The notes under the pieces are model-generated. The model saw only the letters and a program-made list of their open reading frames with translations. It did no database searches and had not been told where the DNA came from. From NCBI GenBank assembly GCA_044376115.1, contig JBILLK010000004.1, positions 384,001 through 448,000 of the forward strand: a stretch of 64,000 bases of DNA, in the 5' to 3' direction. The translations under genes and the position numbers were made by a program. Shown in pieces: positions 40,701-49,287 of the stretch. This stretch comes from Polyangiaceae bacterium. Lineage in GTDB: Bacteria > Myxococcota_A > Polyangia > Polyangiales > Polyangiaceae. Each line of letters opens with the position of its first letter. The stretch's first letter is position 1.

Positions 40701-41472
40701 AGGCGTACGTGAAGTCCGGGTGCACCGCCGCGTACATGTTGGAAGGCAGCGTCCAAGGCGTCGTCGTCCACACCAGGAGCGCCGCGTTCGGCTCATCCAC
40801 AAGCGGGAAGCTGACGTACACCGAAGGGTCGTCCACCGTCTTGTAGCCAAGACCGACCTCAGCCGAAGAGAGCGCGGTTCCACCTTGGGCCCACCACCAA
40901 ACGACTTTGTGGCCTTGATACAAAAGGCCCTTCTTGAACAGCTCCGACAGGGCCCACCACACGCTCTCGACGTAGCTCTTGTGGAAGGTGACGTAGGCAT
41001 CCTCGAGATCGACCCAGAAGCCGATCTTGTCGGTCAGCTTCTCCCAGGCTTCGGTGTAGCGAAAGACGCTCTCGATGCAGCGGTGCGTGAACGGCTCGAC
41101 ACCGTACTTCTGGATGTCGGCTTTGCCGTGGATCTTCAGCTCCTTCTCGACCTCCACCTCGACCGGAAGGCCGTGCGTGTCCCAGCCGGCTTTGCGCGGG
41201 ACGTCGTAGCCCTGCATCGTCTTGAAGCGCGGAAAGACGTCCTTCACCGCGCGGGTGAGCACGTGCCCATTGTGCGGCATGCCGTTGGCCGTAGGCGGCC
41301 CTTCGTAGAAGACGAACGTGCCTTTGCTCGGGCCGGTGGAGCGGGTCTCGCTGCTGAGGCTCTTCTCGAAAATCCGGTTCTGCTTCCAGAAGGCGAGAAT
41401 CGCCGCCTCATCTCGCGGAAAGTCGAGATCAGGCCGAACAGTCGAAAAAGGTCCCTTGGGGTCGGATGCCAT
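37777..41472 (-). CDS. ileS: Isoleucine--tRNA ligase, type 2
   Basis: EGPPTANG.PHNGH, GWDTHGLP, WTTTPWTLP, DWALSRERFWG, DCWFDSG, DQTRGWF, KESKS; type-2 C-terminus without zinc finger. Confidence 0.97.
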   Translation of the reverse strand: MASDPKGPFSTVRPDLDFPRDEAAILAFWKQNRIFEKSLSSETRSTGPSKGTFVFYEGPPTANGMPHNGHVLTRAVKDVFPRFKTMQGYDVPRKAGWDTHGLPVEVEVEKELKIHGKADIQKYGVEPFTHRCIESVFRYTEAWEKLTDKIGFWVDLEDAYVTFHKSYVESVWWALSELFKKGLLYQGHKVVWWWAQGGTALSSAEVGLGYKTVDDPSVYVSFPLVDEPNAALLVWTTTPWTLPSNMYAAVHPDFTYAYVSGFGEKLLVLAKDLVPAIAKKLGVELVIEREVKGSELAGKKYQPPFDIYAADGAAHAEPFSVINANFVVMDASGIVHIAPAFGEDDNAAHRKLLEKNRELPLFCAIGPDGKFTEVLPRYQGRWVKDCDKELIAELKERGLMVFNETYRHEYPFCWRSDADPLIQFARPAWYIRTTQEISRAIDNNQQIQWLPDHIKGGRFGDFLRNNVDWALSRERFWGTPLNIWVNDVTGKLAAPASVEEILAKNPEAFAAFEQARAKDPSLSPHLMVHKPWVDNVTFTEPGEEGVYRRVPDVIDCWFDSGCMPFAQWGYPHKEGSKAQFERAFPANFISEAIDQTRGWFYSLLMISTLVFDKAPLPHPYQTCVVLGHVCDKEGKKESKSKGNYTPPDIILERVRMDFAAFDAAGKGLTLGKGEAVIAREDYEGLDLTGESASVLVYLKEGEALKLKLRPATNKEKLPRRVVGLHAEDIASLGVTPSPTALETKPSDVPFLPLGQRVLVEDPSASAPGADAFRWFFYAASPSWTNTRHSLTNVRLEQKEFLVKLRNVYSFFTIYANIDGFDPARENPNATVASLVSGAPQYRAVAERSELDRWMMSELCATVEKVTAALEGYLLYDAARALVDLAEGVSNWFVRRSRARFWSKGRFFDVTEPASQDKADAYFTLYEVLVTLSGLMAPFTPFFAEELWQNLVRGPFGARMPESVHLASFPKAVTEWALPELSRDMFAVRELVSLGREVRTTVKMRVRQPLSRADVVVGDPQLSQRLRHFTGLIAEELNVHEVRVLAPGEEAGFVKYTLKPNFKTLGPRLGKKVQACKAALAKADAGALRTELSKNGSVSLEVEGEPLALGPEEIEVAVDAAEGYAAAGNKVGVLVLALELTDALREEGLAREIVARLQQTRKDVGLSFTDKAIVRLDGDAAVISVAEKQQELLCREAMVAKLTIGGAPEGAQAKEYAIDGAVLRVWLEAEKA

Positions 41473-41542
41473 GCACGCCTCGTAGCAAGGTGGTTTCCCA
41501 GCGTCGAGCAAAGGACGCCTCGGAAGCGTGCTGGCTGACCGA

Positions 41543-43000
41543 CTAGACCATCAAGGGCTCGAGCGGGCCTTGGTATTCGGGCCGGTCTTCCAGATCGCGG
41601 TCACCGAAGTAGTTGATGTTGGTCAGCCCGACGGCGTGGCAGATGCTCGTTAGCAGCTTGTTGTGCGGCACGCGCTCCTGACTGTCGATGTTGCGCAGAC
41701 GCAGGTAACGACCGAGTCGCAGCGTGCGGTTGCCGCCGCCTGCGATGATCGCCGGGTGGCGGGTGTGCTGGTTGTCGTGCCCGTCGTGACCGAACTCGTT
41801 GTGCCAAAACACGACCGTATTGTCGAGCATGCTTCCGCCCGTTGGATCGAACGGATCGGTGACCTTGGACAGCTCGTCGAGCACAGCAGCGAAATGACCG
41901 GCGGCCCAGCGCTGGCCTGCACAATATCCCCGCCGCAAGGTCTCGAGGTTGGCGCCTCCAGCCCAGTAGTCGTGCACGAGGTTTTCGTGGAAGCGGAACT
42001 TTGAGCCGTACAGCGCCGCAGCCCCGGAGGCTTGGACCTCGGGCACGTCGGTGTAGTAGTTCGGGTAGTCGTCGAGGATGCGCAAGGTGGCGCACATGCT
42101 CCGGCCACATGCGAACGCTTGCGCGATCACTGCGGCGTGGGCGCGGGTCACGTTCTCGACGTTGCTGTAATCGCCTACCGTGCCGTTGACGTCGGGCACG
42201 TCGGTGCCGCTGGTCGTGCAGTAACCAACCATCGGGTTCGTGCCGGTCTCGATCAACTTCTTCATCGCCTCACGATGGGCCGTGATCTTGTCCTTCTCGA
42301 CGCCTTTGAGCCGCGCCTCGAGCTTGGTTAGCGCGTCCTGGCCGTGGAGCGTGATGCGGTTCTCCCCCGCCGCGTAGTCGATCACCGGATCGCCCGGATC
42401 GGGCGGTACGAAGTCGGCCGGGAAGGCAGCTTGGAACAGCGCGCTCGGGCTGGTCTCGGCGTTGCGCGGGATGCCGGCCGAGTCGAAGCTCATGCACTTC
42501 CAGGTGCCGGCGCCTTCGACGCTGGCGGTGAGCAACACCGGCGCGCCGAGCTGGCCGTGCAAGTAGAAGTCGAGCGAAGGGTGATTGTCGAAATTGCCTT
42601 CACGGTTGGCCGGACCTTGAGCGCCGGTGAGCAGCGTGCCCTGCTCGTTGTGACCGTGGTTGCTATAGAGGTTGGCGCGTGTGGCTTCCTTGGTGCACTG
42701 CGTGTCCAAACCATCGAGCACGGTGATCTGATCGCGCCAGGGCATCATCGCGTTCAAGATCGAGTTCTCGTACTCGAAGGACAGGCCCGAAAGCGCCTCA
42801 TCCGGCGTCGCGGGCTCAGCGCCGCTGCTCTGCCGAGGGATCCAGAAATCGCGATCGACGCCGTGAGGCGTGCGCACCGCGAGAAAGCGTACCGGCCCCT
42901 GCGGCGGAGCAGCCTTCGCCGCCCTTTGTCGAAAGGCGCCGCCCATCATCGCCGCTGCAGCAGCGCCGCCCATCATGGCAAAACGTCGTCGGCTGATCAT
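41543..43000 (-). CDS. DUF1552-like Tat-exported protein
   Basis: SRRRF Tat motif, LDGLD, AFACG, G.SMLDNTVV, IAGGG, HNKLL.SI. Confidence 0.85.
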   Translation of the reverse strand: MISRRRFAMMGGAAAAAMMGGAFRQRAAKAAPPQGPVRFLAVRTPHGVDRDFWIPRQSSGAEPATPDEALSGLSFEYENSILNAMMPWRDQITVLDGLDTQCTKEATRANLYSNHGHNEQGTLLTGAQGPANREGNFDNHPSLDFYLHGQLGAPVLLTASVEGAGTWKCMSFDSAGIPRNAETSPSALFQAAFPADFVPPDPGDPVIDYAAGENRITLHGQDALTKLEARLKGVEKDKITAHREAMKKLIETGTNPMVGYCTTSGTDVPDVNGTVGDYSNVENVTRAHAAVIAQAFACGRSMCATLRILDDYPNYYTDVPEVQASGAAALYGSKFRFHENLVHDYWAGGANLETLRRGYCAGQRWAAGHFAAVLDELSKVTDPFDPTGGSMLDNTVVFWHNEFGHDGHDNQHTRHPAIIAGGGNRTLRLGRYLRLRNIDSQERVPHNKLLTSICHAVGLTNINYFGDRDLEDRPEYQGPLEPLMV

Positions 43001-43002
43001 GG

Positions 43003-44574
43003 CTACTTCTTCCTCTCGATGAACGATCGATCCCGCACGATGGCCACCAGCAACTCCTCGAACGAACCGCCACTCTCGATGAAGGCATCGTAGGCCTCCT
43101 TGGAGGCGCGAACCTGCATCGGCGCGCCGAACTCAGCGCCCAGCGTGAAGTGCCCAAAGCGCCGTACGAGGCAGGATTGGAACTCCTCATTCTTGGCTAG
43201 GCCCGCCGAGAGCTCGGGCGCGGTGGCGTAGAAGGTGCCGTCGAGCGTGACCTCGGCCTCGACCGGCTTGCCGTCCGCGTAGACGGTTTGCCAAGTGCCG
43301 TTGCCTGCGAAGGTCTCGAACGAGAGGCCCACCGGGTCTGAGGTGCTGTGGCAAGCTCCGCAGGTTCCGTTCGTGCTGCGCGCGGCGGCGATCTCCTTGA
43401 TGGTCGCGTCGGCGCCGACGAGCTCCTCTTGCGCAGCCACGAGGTCGATGGGGAGTGGCACGATGTCGTTGCACATGCCGTCCCGAAACACCGACATACC
43501 GCGGCGAACGACGTTGTCCCGGCCCTTTTTGCCATGCGCGACGAGCCACGCGCCCAGCGTCAAAAGGCCACCACGCTGAGCCGGGTCGAGCTCGACCTGG
43601 GCGACGCCGGTCCCGGGGTGCGTGGCACCGTAGTAGGCAGCGACCTCGGGCGTGGCCCACGTGTGCGAGGTGGAGAGCAGATCCTCCAGGCTCCCTCGAC
43701 CCTGCACCACGACCTGGTTCACGTACTCATTGTACTCAGCCTCGAGCGCCGCCACGAGCTGCGGATCGAGCTCGGTCTCGTTGCCTTGGCTCTCGAGCGT
43801 CGACATCTTCAACCACTGCCAGAAGAAGCGCTGCCACATCGGCGCCGAGCGATCCATCAAGCGGCGAACGTTGTCTTCACGAATGGCGGGATCGCGAAGC
43901 AGGCCGGCCTTTGCGTCGGCGAGCAGCTCGGCGTCCGGACCTTCATTGGTGATCGCAAAGCTGAGCAGACTGGCGATCTCGTAGTCGGTTAGCTCGACAA
44001 CGCCCTCACCCACCCCGCCGATCTCGTAACGATAGAGGAACTCGGGCGATAGAAGAGCTGCCCGGACCATCGCGGCAAAGGCCCATTCTTCACCGTAGGT
44101 TGCGACCGTATCGTCATAGACCGCCTGCAGTGCAGCGCGCTCATCCGGGGTTGGCGGCCTGCGAAAAGCTTGTTCCGGAAACCAATCGAGGAAGCTCTGC
44201 ACGCACTCGTCGGTGCCGAAGGTATCGCAGCGGGCTGCAGCTGCGCCTTGCGCCGCGACCCAACTGCCGATGGTCCGTGCGGCCTCAGTGAACTGCGACG
44301 CATTGCCGAGATCGATGCGAGCGGTGTTGGCGATGTTGGCGAGCCCGTATTCGCTCGCCCCTTCGGGCAGATTCACGGTTGGTGCGCCTGGAAAGAAGCG
44401 CTGGACCTCACCGTTGTACTGCTCGGGCGAGAGCCGCCAAACGCGCGCATCCAGCCGAGGGTCGCCGGGATCCGTTCCGGTGATGACGTCATCGTCTTCC
44501 CCCGCTGGGTCGCCCAGCGATCCAACACAACCCACCGAAATAAGGGCGGCCACGAGAAGGGATTGGTAGCGCAC
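43003..44574 (-). CDS. DUF1587/1595/1592/1588/1585-like lipoprotein with CXXCH
   Basis: RLSPEQY, AFRRP, LLSPEFLYR, YEIAS.LSF, RGGLLT, CGACH, DPVG..FE. Confidence 0.88.
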   Translation of the reverse strand: MRYQSLLVAALISVGCVGSLGDPAGEDDDVITGTDPGDPRLDARVWRLSPEQYNGEVQRFFPGAPTVNLPEGASEYGLANIANTARIDLGNASQFTEAARTIGSWVAAQGAAAARCDTFGTDECVQSFLDWFPEQAFRRPPTPDERAALQAVYDDTVATYGEEWAFAAMVRAALLSPEFLYRYEIGGVGEGVVELTDYEIASLLSFAITNEGPDAELLADAKAGLLRDPAIREDNVRRLMDRSAPMWQRFFWQWLKMSTLESQGNETELDPQLVAALEAEYNEYVNQVVVQGRGSLEDLLSTSHTWATPEVAAYYGATHPGTGVAQVELDPAQRGGLLTLGAWLVAHGKKGRDNVVRRGMSVFRDGMCNDIVPLPIDLVAAQEELVGADATIKEIAAARSTNGTCGACHSTSDPVGLSFETFAGNGTWQTVYADGKPVEAEVTLDGTFYATAPELSAGLAKNEEFQSCLVRRFGHFTLGAEFGAPMQVRASKEAYDAFIESGGSFEELLVAIVRDRSFIERKK

Positions 44575-44793
44575 GGCCCAAGCCTAACTCAGTCGTGCAG
44601 CGGCTGGATCACTCAAGGTCGCCAGCTACGTTTGGCGACGAGAGTAACGACAACAGCCACATTGGCCTTAATCGCGGTGAGTCGAAGGCATGCGCCGTCG
44701 GCCGTGCCAACGCAAAGCGCCAGGAGGCGCATCGAATCGATGACTATGCCCAAAGGGCCGGCGTGCTGGTTGCCACATGCTATCGTCGCGTCG

Positions 44794-45348
44794 TTGCAAG
44801 AGATCCGCGTCAAAGGCTCGACATTGCTCGGCGTTTTGACCGGGGTGAGAGAGGTTTGCGGTGAGCGCGCGGAGGGCATGATCGCTGGGCTCAAAGGTGA
44901 GCTCGGGGAAACTGTGCGCACCCGGAGTCTCGTCGCCTTGGGCTGGTATCCCATTGCTTGGCACCGAGAACTCTTGGCGATGGTCGTTGCGAACGGCGGC
45001 CAGGTAGAGCTGCGCGAAGTCATCCGCACCTCGACGCGCCACAGCATGAGCTCGATTCATCGGTTGATCGTCAAAGTGTTTTCGCCCGACACCCTGCTCA
45101 GACAATCGAGCCGACTCTTCTCGAGCTTCTTCGAAGCGGAGCTGCTGACACACGTACAGGGGCCACGGCAAGTTCGTGTCGAGTGGAAAGAGTGCCACGG
45201 CTTCGACCGCAACGTTTGGCAAGCTCAGGTCATTACGGTGGACGAGCTAGTGGCAATGACCGGCTCGAAGGTAAAGAGCCGAACGGTGACGGCTGGCGGG
45301 ACCGACGGCGACTCGAGCATGAGCCTCGACCTCCATTGGCTGGCCTGA
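44794..45348 (+). CDS. Hypothetical myxobacterial protein (DUF2378/H-NOX-V4R-like; start uncertain)
   Basis: VKGS.L, LGWYP, SPDTLL...LFSSFF patterns. Confidence 0.6.
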   Translation: MQEIRVKGSTLLGVLTGVREVCGERAEGMIAGLKGELGETVRTRSLVALGWYPIAWHRELLAMVVANGGQVELREVIRTSTRHSMSSIHRLIVKVFSPDTLLRQSSRLFSSFFEAELLTHVQGPRQVRVEWKECHGFDRNVWQAQVITVDELVAMTGSKVKSRTVTAGGTDGDSSMSLDLHWLA

Positions 45349-45351
45349 GCG

Positions 45352-46830
45352 TCAACGTGCGAGGGAGGGGAAAACCCTCTTGAGGAAGCCGTTCGAGAGC
45401 AACCTCGTGGGGTCATGCGCGGCCTTGAGACCGAGCATCTGCGCAACCCCTGCAGCGTACGACTGCTCGAGTTCGGCCGAGTCAGCGTGCACGTTCTTCA
45501 CCAAGTGCACCCGGCCGCCGACTGCAAATGCCATCCGTGAGAACTCAACCATGAGCTCCTCTTCCTCCGGAAAGGTCACGCGCCCCAGCTCCTCGAACGT
45601 GAAGGTCACTGCGTAGCCCGCTAGCCCGCGCGTCGATGAGAATACGAACCCCTCGCCTTCGCCCGGAAGGTAGAGCACATCGATCAACGCGGGCACGATG
45701 CCGCGCGCGTCGAGCAGCGCGTCGGCACGCTCGAGAAAGCTCGCCAGCTTGTCGCGGGTTGCCGCCGCGTCTCCGGCGACGACTGGGATCACGTAGGTCT
45801 GCTGGCGGATGCCCATCGGAAAGCCCAAGCCTCGGAAGAAGCGTTTGACCGCATCGTTGCCGTTTTGAAAGAAGGTGAAGCCCTCGAGTTCATCCACGGC
45901 GGCCGACTTCTCCTGCGACTTCATGAATAGGTTCATCATCAGCTCGTAGCCAATGGGCCGGATCAGATCGTTCATGATCAACGCTTGCAGGGCACGGTGA
46001 AGGAACGAGGAGGGCTGATGGAAGAGGCTCGGCTTCAGCTCGACCGTGTCTCCATCTACGTACCGAGAGCGCATGACGAAACCCTGGCGCTCGGCGTTCA
46101 TGTACAGAACCGCGCTGACAGCATGAGCGTCCTCGAGCGCCACCGCCTCGAGTGGGTTGACCTCGAGCGGTGCCCGATTCGGACCGCTCGCAGGTTGGCC
46201 CTCGAGCTCAGTGACCAACAACTCGGTCAAGCTGCGCAACCCGGAGAAGCGCTCGAACTCCGTCTCCACCACGATGTTGCTGAAGCCGACCGGCAACAAC
46301 TGATAGGTGATCTCAAGCACCACGCCCAGGTAACCGAAGCCGGCGATCACGCCGAAGAAAAGCTCGGCGTTTTCCGTGCGAGAACAGCGCAGCACGACGC
46401 CCGCGAGAGTGAGCAAAGAGAACGAAACGACGTGCGTGCCCTCCTTGCCGCAGGTCGGGGAGAAACGAGAAAGCGCGTTGGTCGCGAGGGTTCCGCCAGC
46501 GGTGGTCTCACTCGAGCTGACCACCACGTACGGAACATGGCCGGCGCGCTTGGCCCTGGCCACGATCGCCCCCCACTTCGCCAACGCACCAACGGTGATG
46601 GTGCTCGCAACGACCTCCCCGATCTGATCGAAGCCGCGCACCTGAATGACCATGCCCTCGTTCAGGGCTTGGGTGTCGAAGGCCATTTGGCCGGCGCGAA
46701 ACGATACCGTAAGACCGCGCGAGCGAGCCTCTTCCAGGTGGGCAAGGATGCTGGCTTCCGAGTCAGCTTCACGCAGCTGAGCCCAGACCTCTTGTCCGGA
46801 ATACGCCGTCAGTCGGGTCTTGCCGTTCAT
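45352..46830 (-). CDS. FAD-binding oxidoreductase (VAO/DprE1-like)
   Basis: TAGGTL, SRTENAELF, GFGYLGVV, GGRVHLVKN, DP...SN. Confidence 0.85.
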   Translation of the reverse strand: MNGKTRLTAYSGQEVWAQLREADSEASILAHLEEARSRGLTVSFRAGQMAFDTQALNEGMVIQVRGFDQIGEVVASTITVGALAKWGAIVARAKRAGHVPYVVVSSSETTAGGTLATNALSRFSPTCGKEGTHVVSFSLLTLAGVVLRCSRTENAELFFGVIAGFGYLGVVLEITYQLLPVGFSNIVVETEFERFSGLRSLTELLVTELEGQPASGPNRAPLEVNPLEAVALEDAHAVSAVLYMNAERQGFVMRSRYVDGDTVELKPSLFHQPSSFLHRALQALIMNDLIRPIGYELMMNLFMKSQEKSAAVDELEGFTFFQNGNDAVKRFFRGLGFPMGIRQQTYVIPVVAGDAAATRDKLASFLERADALLDARGIVPALIDVLYLPGEGEGFVFSSTRGLAGYAVTFTFEELGRVTFPEEEELMVEFSRMAFAVGGRVHLVKNVHADSAELEQSYAAGVAQMLGLKAAHDPTRLLSNGFLKRVFPSLAR

Positions 46831-46852
46831 GCTCTCTCCGCGCTCTCGCTTC

Positions 46853-46886
46853 AATGAAAAGCGGGAGCGTGCTGTCACGCTCCCGC
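46853..46886 (-). terminator. Rho-independent terminator
   Basis: GCGGGAGCGTG/CACGCTCCCGC 11-bp stem followed by TTTTCATT on minus strand. Confidence 0.85.
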
Positions 46887-46909
46887 CCTGCGTCAGCCGA
46901 TTGCCTTGC

Positions 46910-49171
46910 TTAGTTGCACGCGGTGCCGCCGGTCACGACCAAATCATCTACGTTCCAGCCCGAGCTGCTGAACACGCCAGAGGCAGTGCTGAAGCCAATC
47001 CGCACCTGCATGTTAGCGTTGGCATACGCGCTCAAGTCGAAGCCCTGGGCCAGCCAGGCGTTGTCGGCAACCCCTGGGGGACCGCCGGTCTGGAACAGGA
47101 CTTGCCAACTCGTGCCGTCGAACACCTCAACCGTGTTGACCATGAACTGCGCATAGTCGCTGTTGAGCCAGCGTCGGAAGTCGAGCCGCAGGGCGGCCGC
47201 TCCCGCGGTGTTCATTACCCGGCTCGTTGCATAATATGGAGCGTGCACGCTGTTCCCGGTGTTCCCACCGAGCACCACACCCATCACCCCGTTGTTGGGT
47301 CCGGCGGTGAAATCGATTGCCGGGTCCGGGTTTCCCGTCGCTTGGCCGGCGGAAACGGTCGTCGGTCCAATGGCCCACTGCGTGCCCAAGGTCCAGCCTT
47401 GGCTCGCGTCGGAGAACTCATCCCGCAGGAAGATCTGCGGGTTGGGGCTATTGGAAATCACGATGTCATCGATGTTCCAGCCCGACATGTTGAAAACGCC
47501 CGCGCTGCCAATGGTGTAGCCGAAGCGGATCTGCATGGCGGCGGACTTGAACGCGGTGATGTCGTAGGTCTGACGCTGCCACGCGTTGTCAGCAATGATT
47601 TGGCTGTTGGTGGGCGAGGTGTAGACCGTGTTCCAGGTTGAGCCGTTGAAGACCTGAACGACGTTCGTGGCAAAGTTTGGGTAATCGCTGTTGAGCCAAC
47701 GCCAGAACGATAGGTGCATGCTGCCCTGCGCGGCCGCTGTGTTGATCACCGGGCTGGTGAGGTAGCGGAAGGGCACCAACGCGGTCCCGTAGTTGCCCCC
47801 GATCACTACGCCTGCCACGCCGTTGTCGTTGGTGCTCGTGTGATCCTGGGACGGGTCTGGGTTGCCCTGCGCTTGGCCAGTTGAAGCCGTAGCGGAGCCG
47901 ATGCCCCACGAAGCATCGGCGGTCCAGCCGACGTTGTCGTTGAAGTCCTCGGTAAAATAGATGGCGAGCGGCGTGGGCCCATCATCGGTCAGGCCATCAC
48001 AGTCGTTGTCGACGTTGTCGCACGTCTCCGCAACCGGAGGCACATTGCTGACACAAGTGACAGCGCCGTTCTGGCATTGCAGCGTACCGGGAGCGCACAC
48101 ACCAACGAGCCCGGGTACGGTGCAGGCGGCGCCGCTCCCCGGGTTGCCCTCATCGGCATTGCCGTCACAGTTGTTGTCGAGCCCGTCGCAGACTTCAGCG
48201 CTGGGCTGGACGTTCTGATTGCAAACGAGGCCGCCGTTTTCACAGGCGGTGGTCCCTGCGCTGCACACCCCGAGGAGGTTGGTCATGCAACCCACGCCGC
48301 CGCCGGGATTGCCGTCATCCGCAGCGCCGTTGCAGTCGTTGTCGAGCCCATCACAGCTCTCCGCCTGTGGCGCGTCGGGAACGCAGGCCTGTGCGCTTCC
48401 ACCAACGCAGTTGTCCACCGTTACGGCGCACTCTCCGAGGCCGCAGCTGGTTTGGCCCAAGCCGTCATCCGCAGTGCCGTTGCAGTCGTTGTCGAGGCTG
48501 TCACAGCTCTCTGCGGCGGGCATGCCGGGCACGCACACTTGCAATACGCCGTTCAGACACTCGGCGACCATCGCGCTGCATTCACCAACTCCGCAAAGGA
48601 GCACGCCAAACCCGTTGTCGACGGTGCCATCACAGTCGTTGTCGAGGTTGTCACAGCTTTCAGCGCTGGGCGTTACATCCCCGCTGCAAGCACCCCACGC
48701 GCCGGCCTTGCAGGTCTGCGTCCCCGCCGTGCAAACGCCTACGCCCTCGGTGACAATCGGCCCGCCGTAGCAGCCCTGCGTCTCGCCATCGACGCAGTCG
48801 CAGCCGTTGTCGACGTTGCCGTCGCAGTCGTTGTCGAGACCGTCGCATTCCTCGGTCTCCGGCAGGGCTTCGCCTTCACAGGCGCCAAAACTCCCGGCGT
48901 CGCAGGTCTGCTGGCCCGCAGCGCAGATGCCGACGCCCTCGGTGCCATCTGGGCCGGAGTAGCAAGACTGCGTGTCGCCATCGCCGCAACCGCCGCTTCC
49001 ACCCTCTCCGGCCGTTCCGCCCTCTCCGCCGCCACCGCTTGCACCAGCAGCACCCGAGCCACCCAGACCGCCGCTACCGGCCGCAGCTCCCGTTCCTGTG
49101 TCATCGCCACAAGCAGCAAGCAGCGCCGTCCCCGCTAGCAGAGCCGTCAAAAGCTGAAGCGAACCTCTCAT
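46910..49171 (-). CDS. Large Cys-rich lipoprotein with six ExCDxxDNxCxG repeats and two C-terminal MAM/jelly-roll-like domains
   Basis: SD GGAGG, lipobox LAAC; duplicated RWLNSDY...GWN(I/V)DD domains. Confidence 0.88.
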   Translation of the reverse strand: MRGSLQLLTALLAGTALLAACGDDTGTGAAAGSGGLGGSGAAGASGGGGEGGTAGEGGSGGCGDGDTQSCYSGPDGTEGVGICAAGQQTCDAGSFGACEGEALPETEECDGLDNDCDGNVDNGCDCVDGETQGCYGGPIVTEGVGVCTAGTQTCKAGAWGACSGDVTPSAESCDNLDNDCDGTVDNGFGVLLCGVGECSAMVAECLNGVLQVCVPGMPAAESCDSLDNDCNGTADDGLGQTSCGLGECAVTVDNCVGGSAQACVPDAPQAESCDGLDNDCNGAADDGNPGGGVGCMTNLLGVCSAGTTACENGGLVCNQNVQPSAEVCDGLDNNCDGNADEGNPGSGAACTVPGLVGVCAPGTLQCQNGAVTCVSNVPPVAETCDNVDNDCDGLTDDGPTPLAIYFTEDFNDNVGWTADASWGIGSATASTGQAQGNPDPSQDHTSTNDNGVAGVVIGGNYGTALVPFRYLTSPVINTAAAQGSMHLSFWRWLNSDYPNFATNVVQVFNGSTWNTVYTSPTNSQIIADNAWQRQTYDITAFKSAAMQIRFGYTIGSAGVFNMSGWNIDDIVISNSPNPQIFLRDEFSDASQGWTLGTQWAIGPTTVSAGQATGNPDPAIDFTAGPNNGVMGVVLGGNTGNSVHAPYYATSRVMNTAGAAALRLDFRRWLNSDYAQFMVNTVEVFDGTSWQVLFQTGGPPGVADNAWLAQGFDLSAYANANMQVRIGFSTASGVFSSSGWNVDDLVVTGGTACN

Positions 49172-49287
49172 GCAACCCACCTCCGCAGGCGAGGCTAGCG
49201 GCAGCGAACGTGGCTTGGCGAGCTTCGAGTGCAACGTGGTGCCGCGCTGATATCGCTTGGTGGCCCATCACCGCGTCCAATGGGGCG

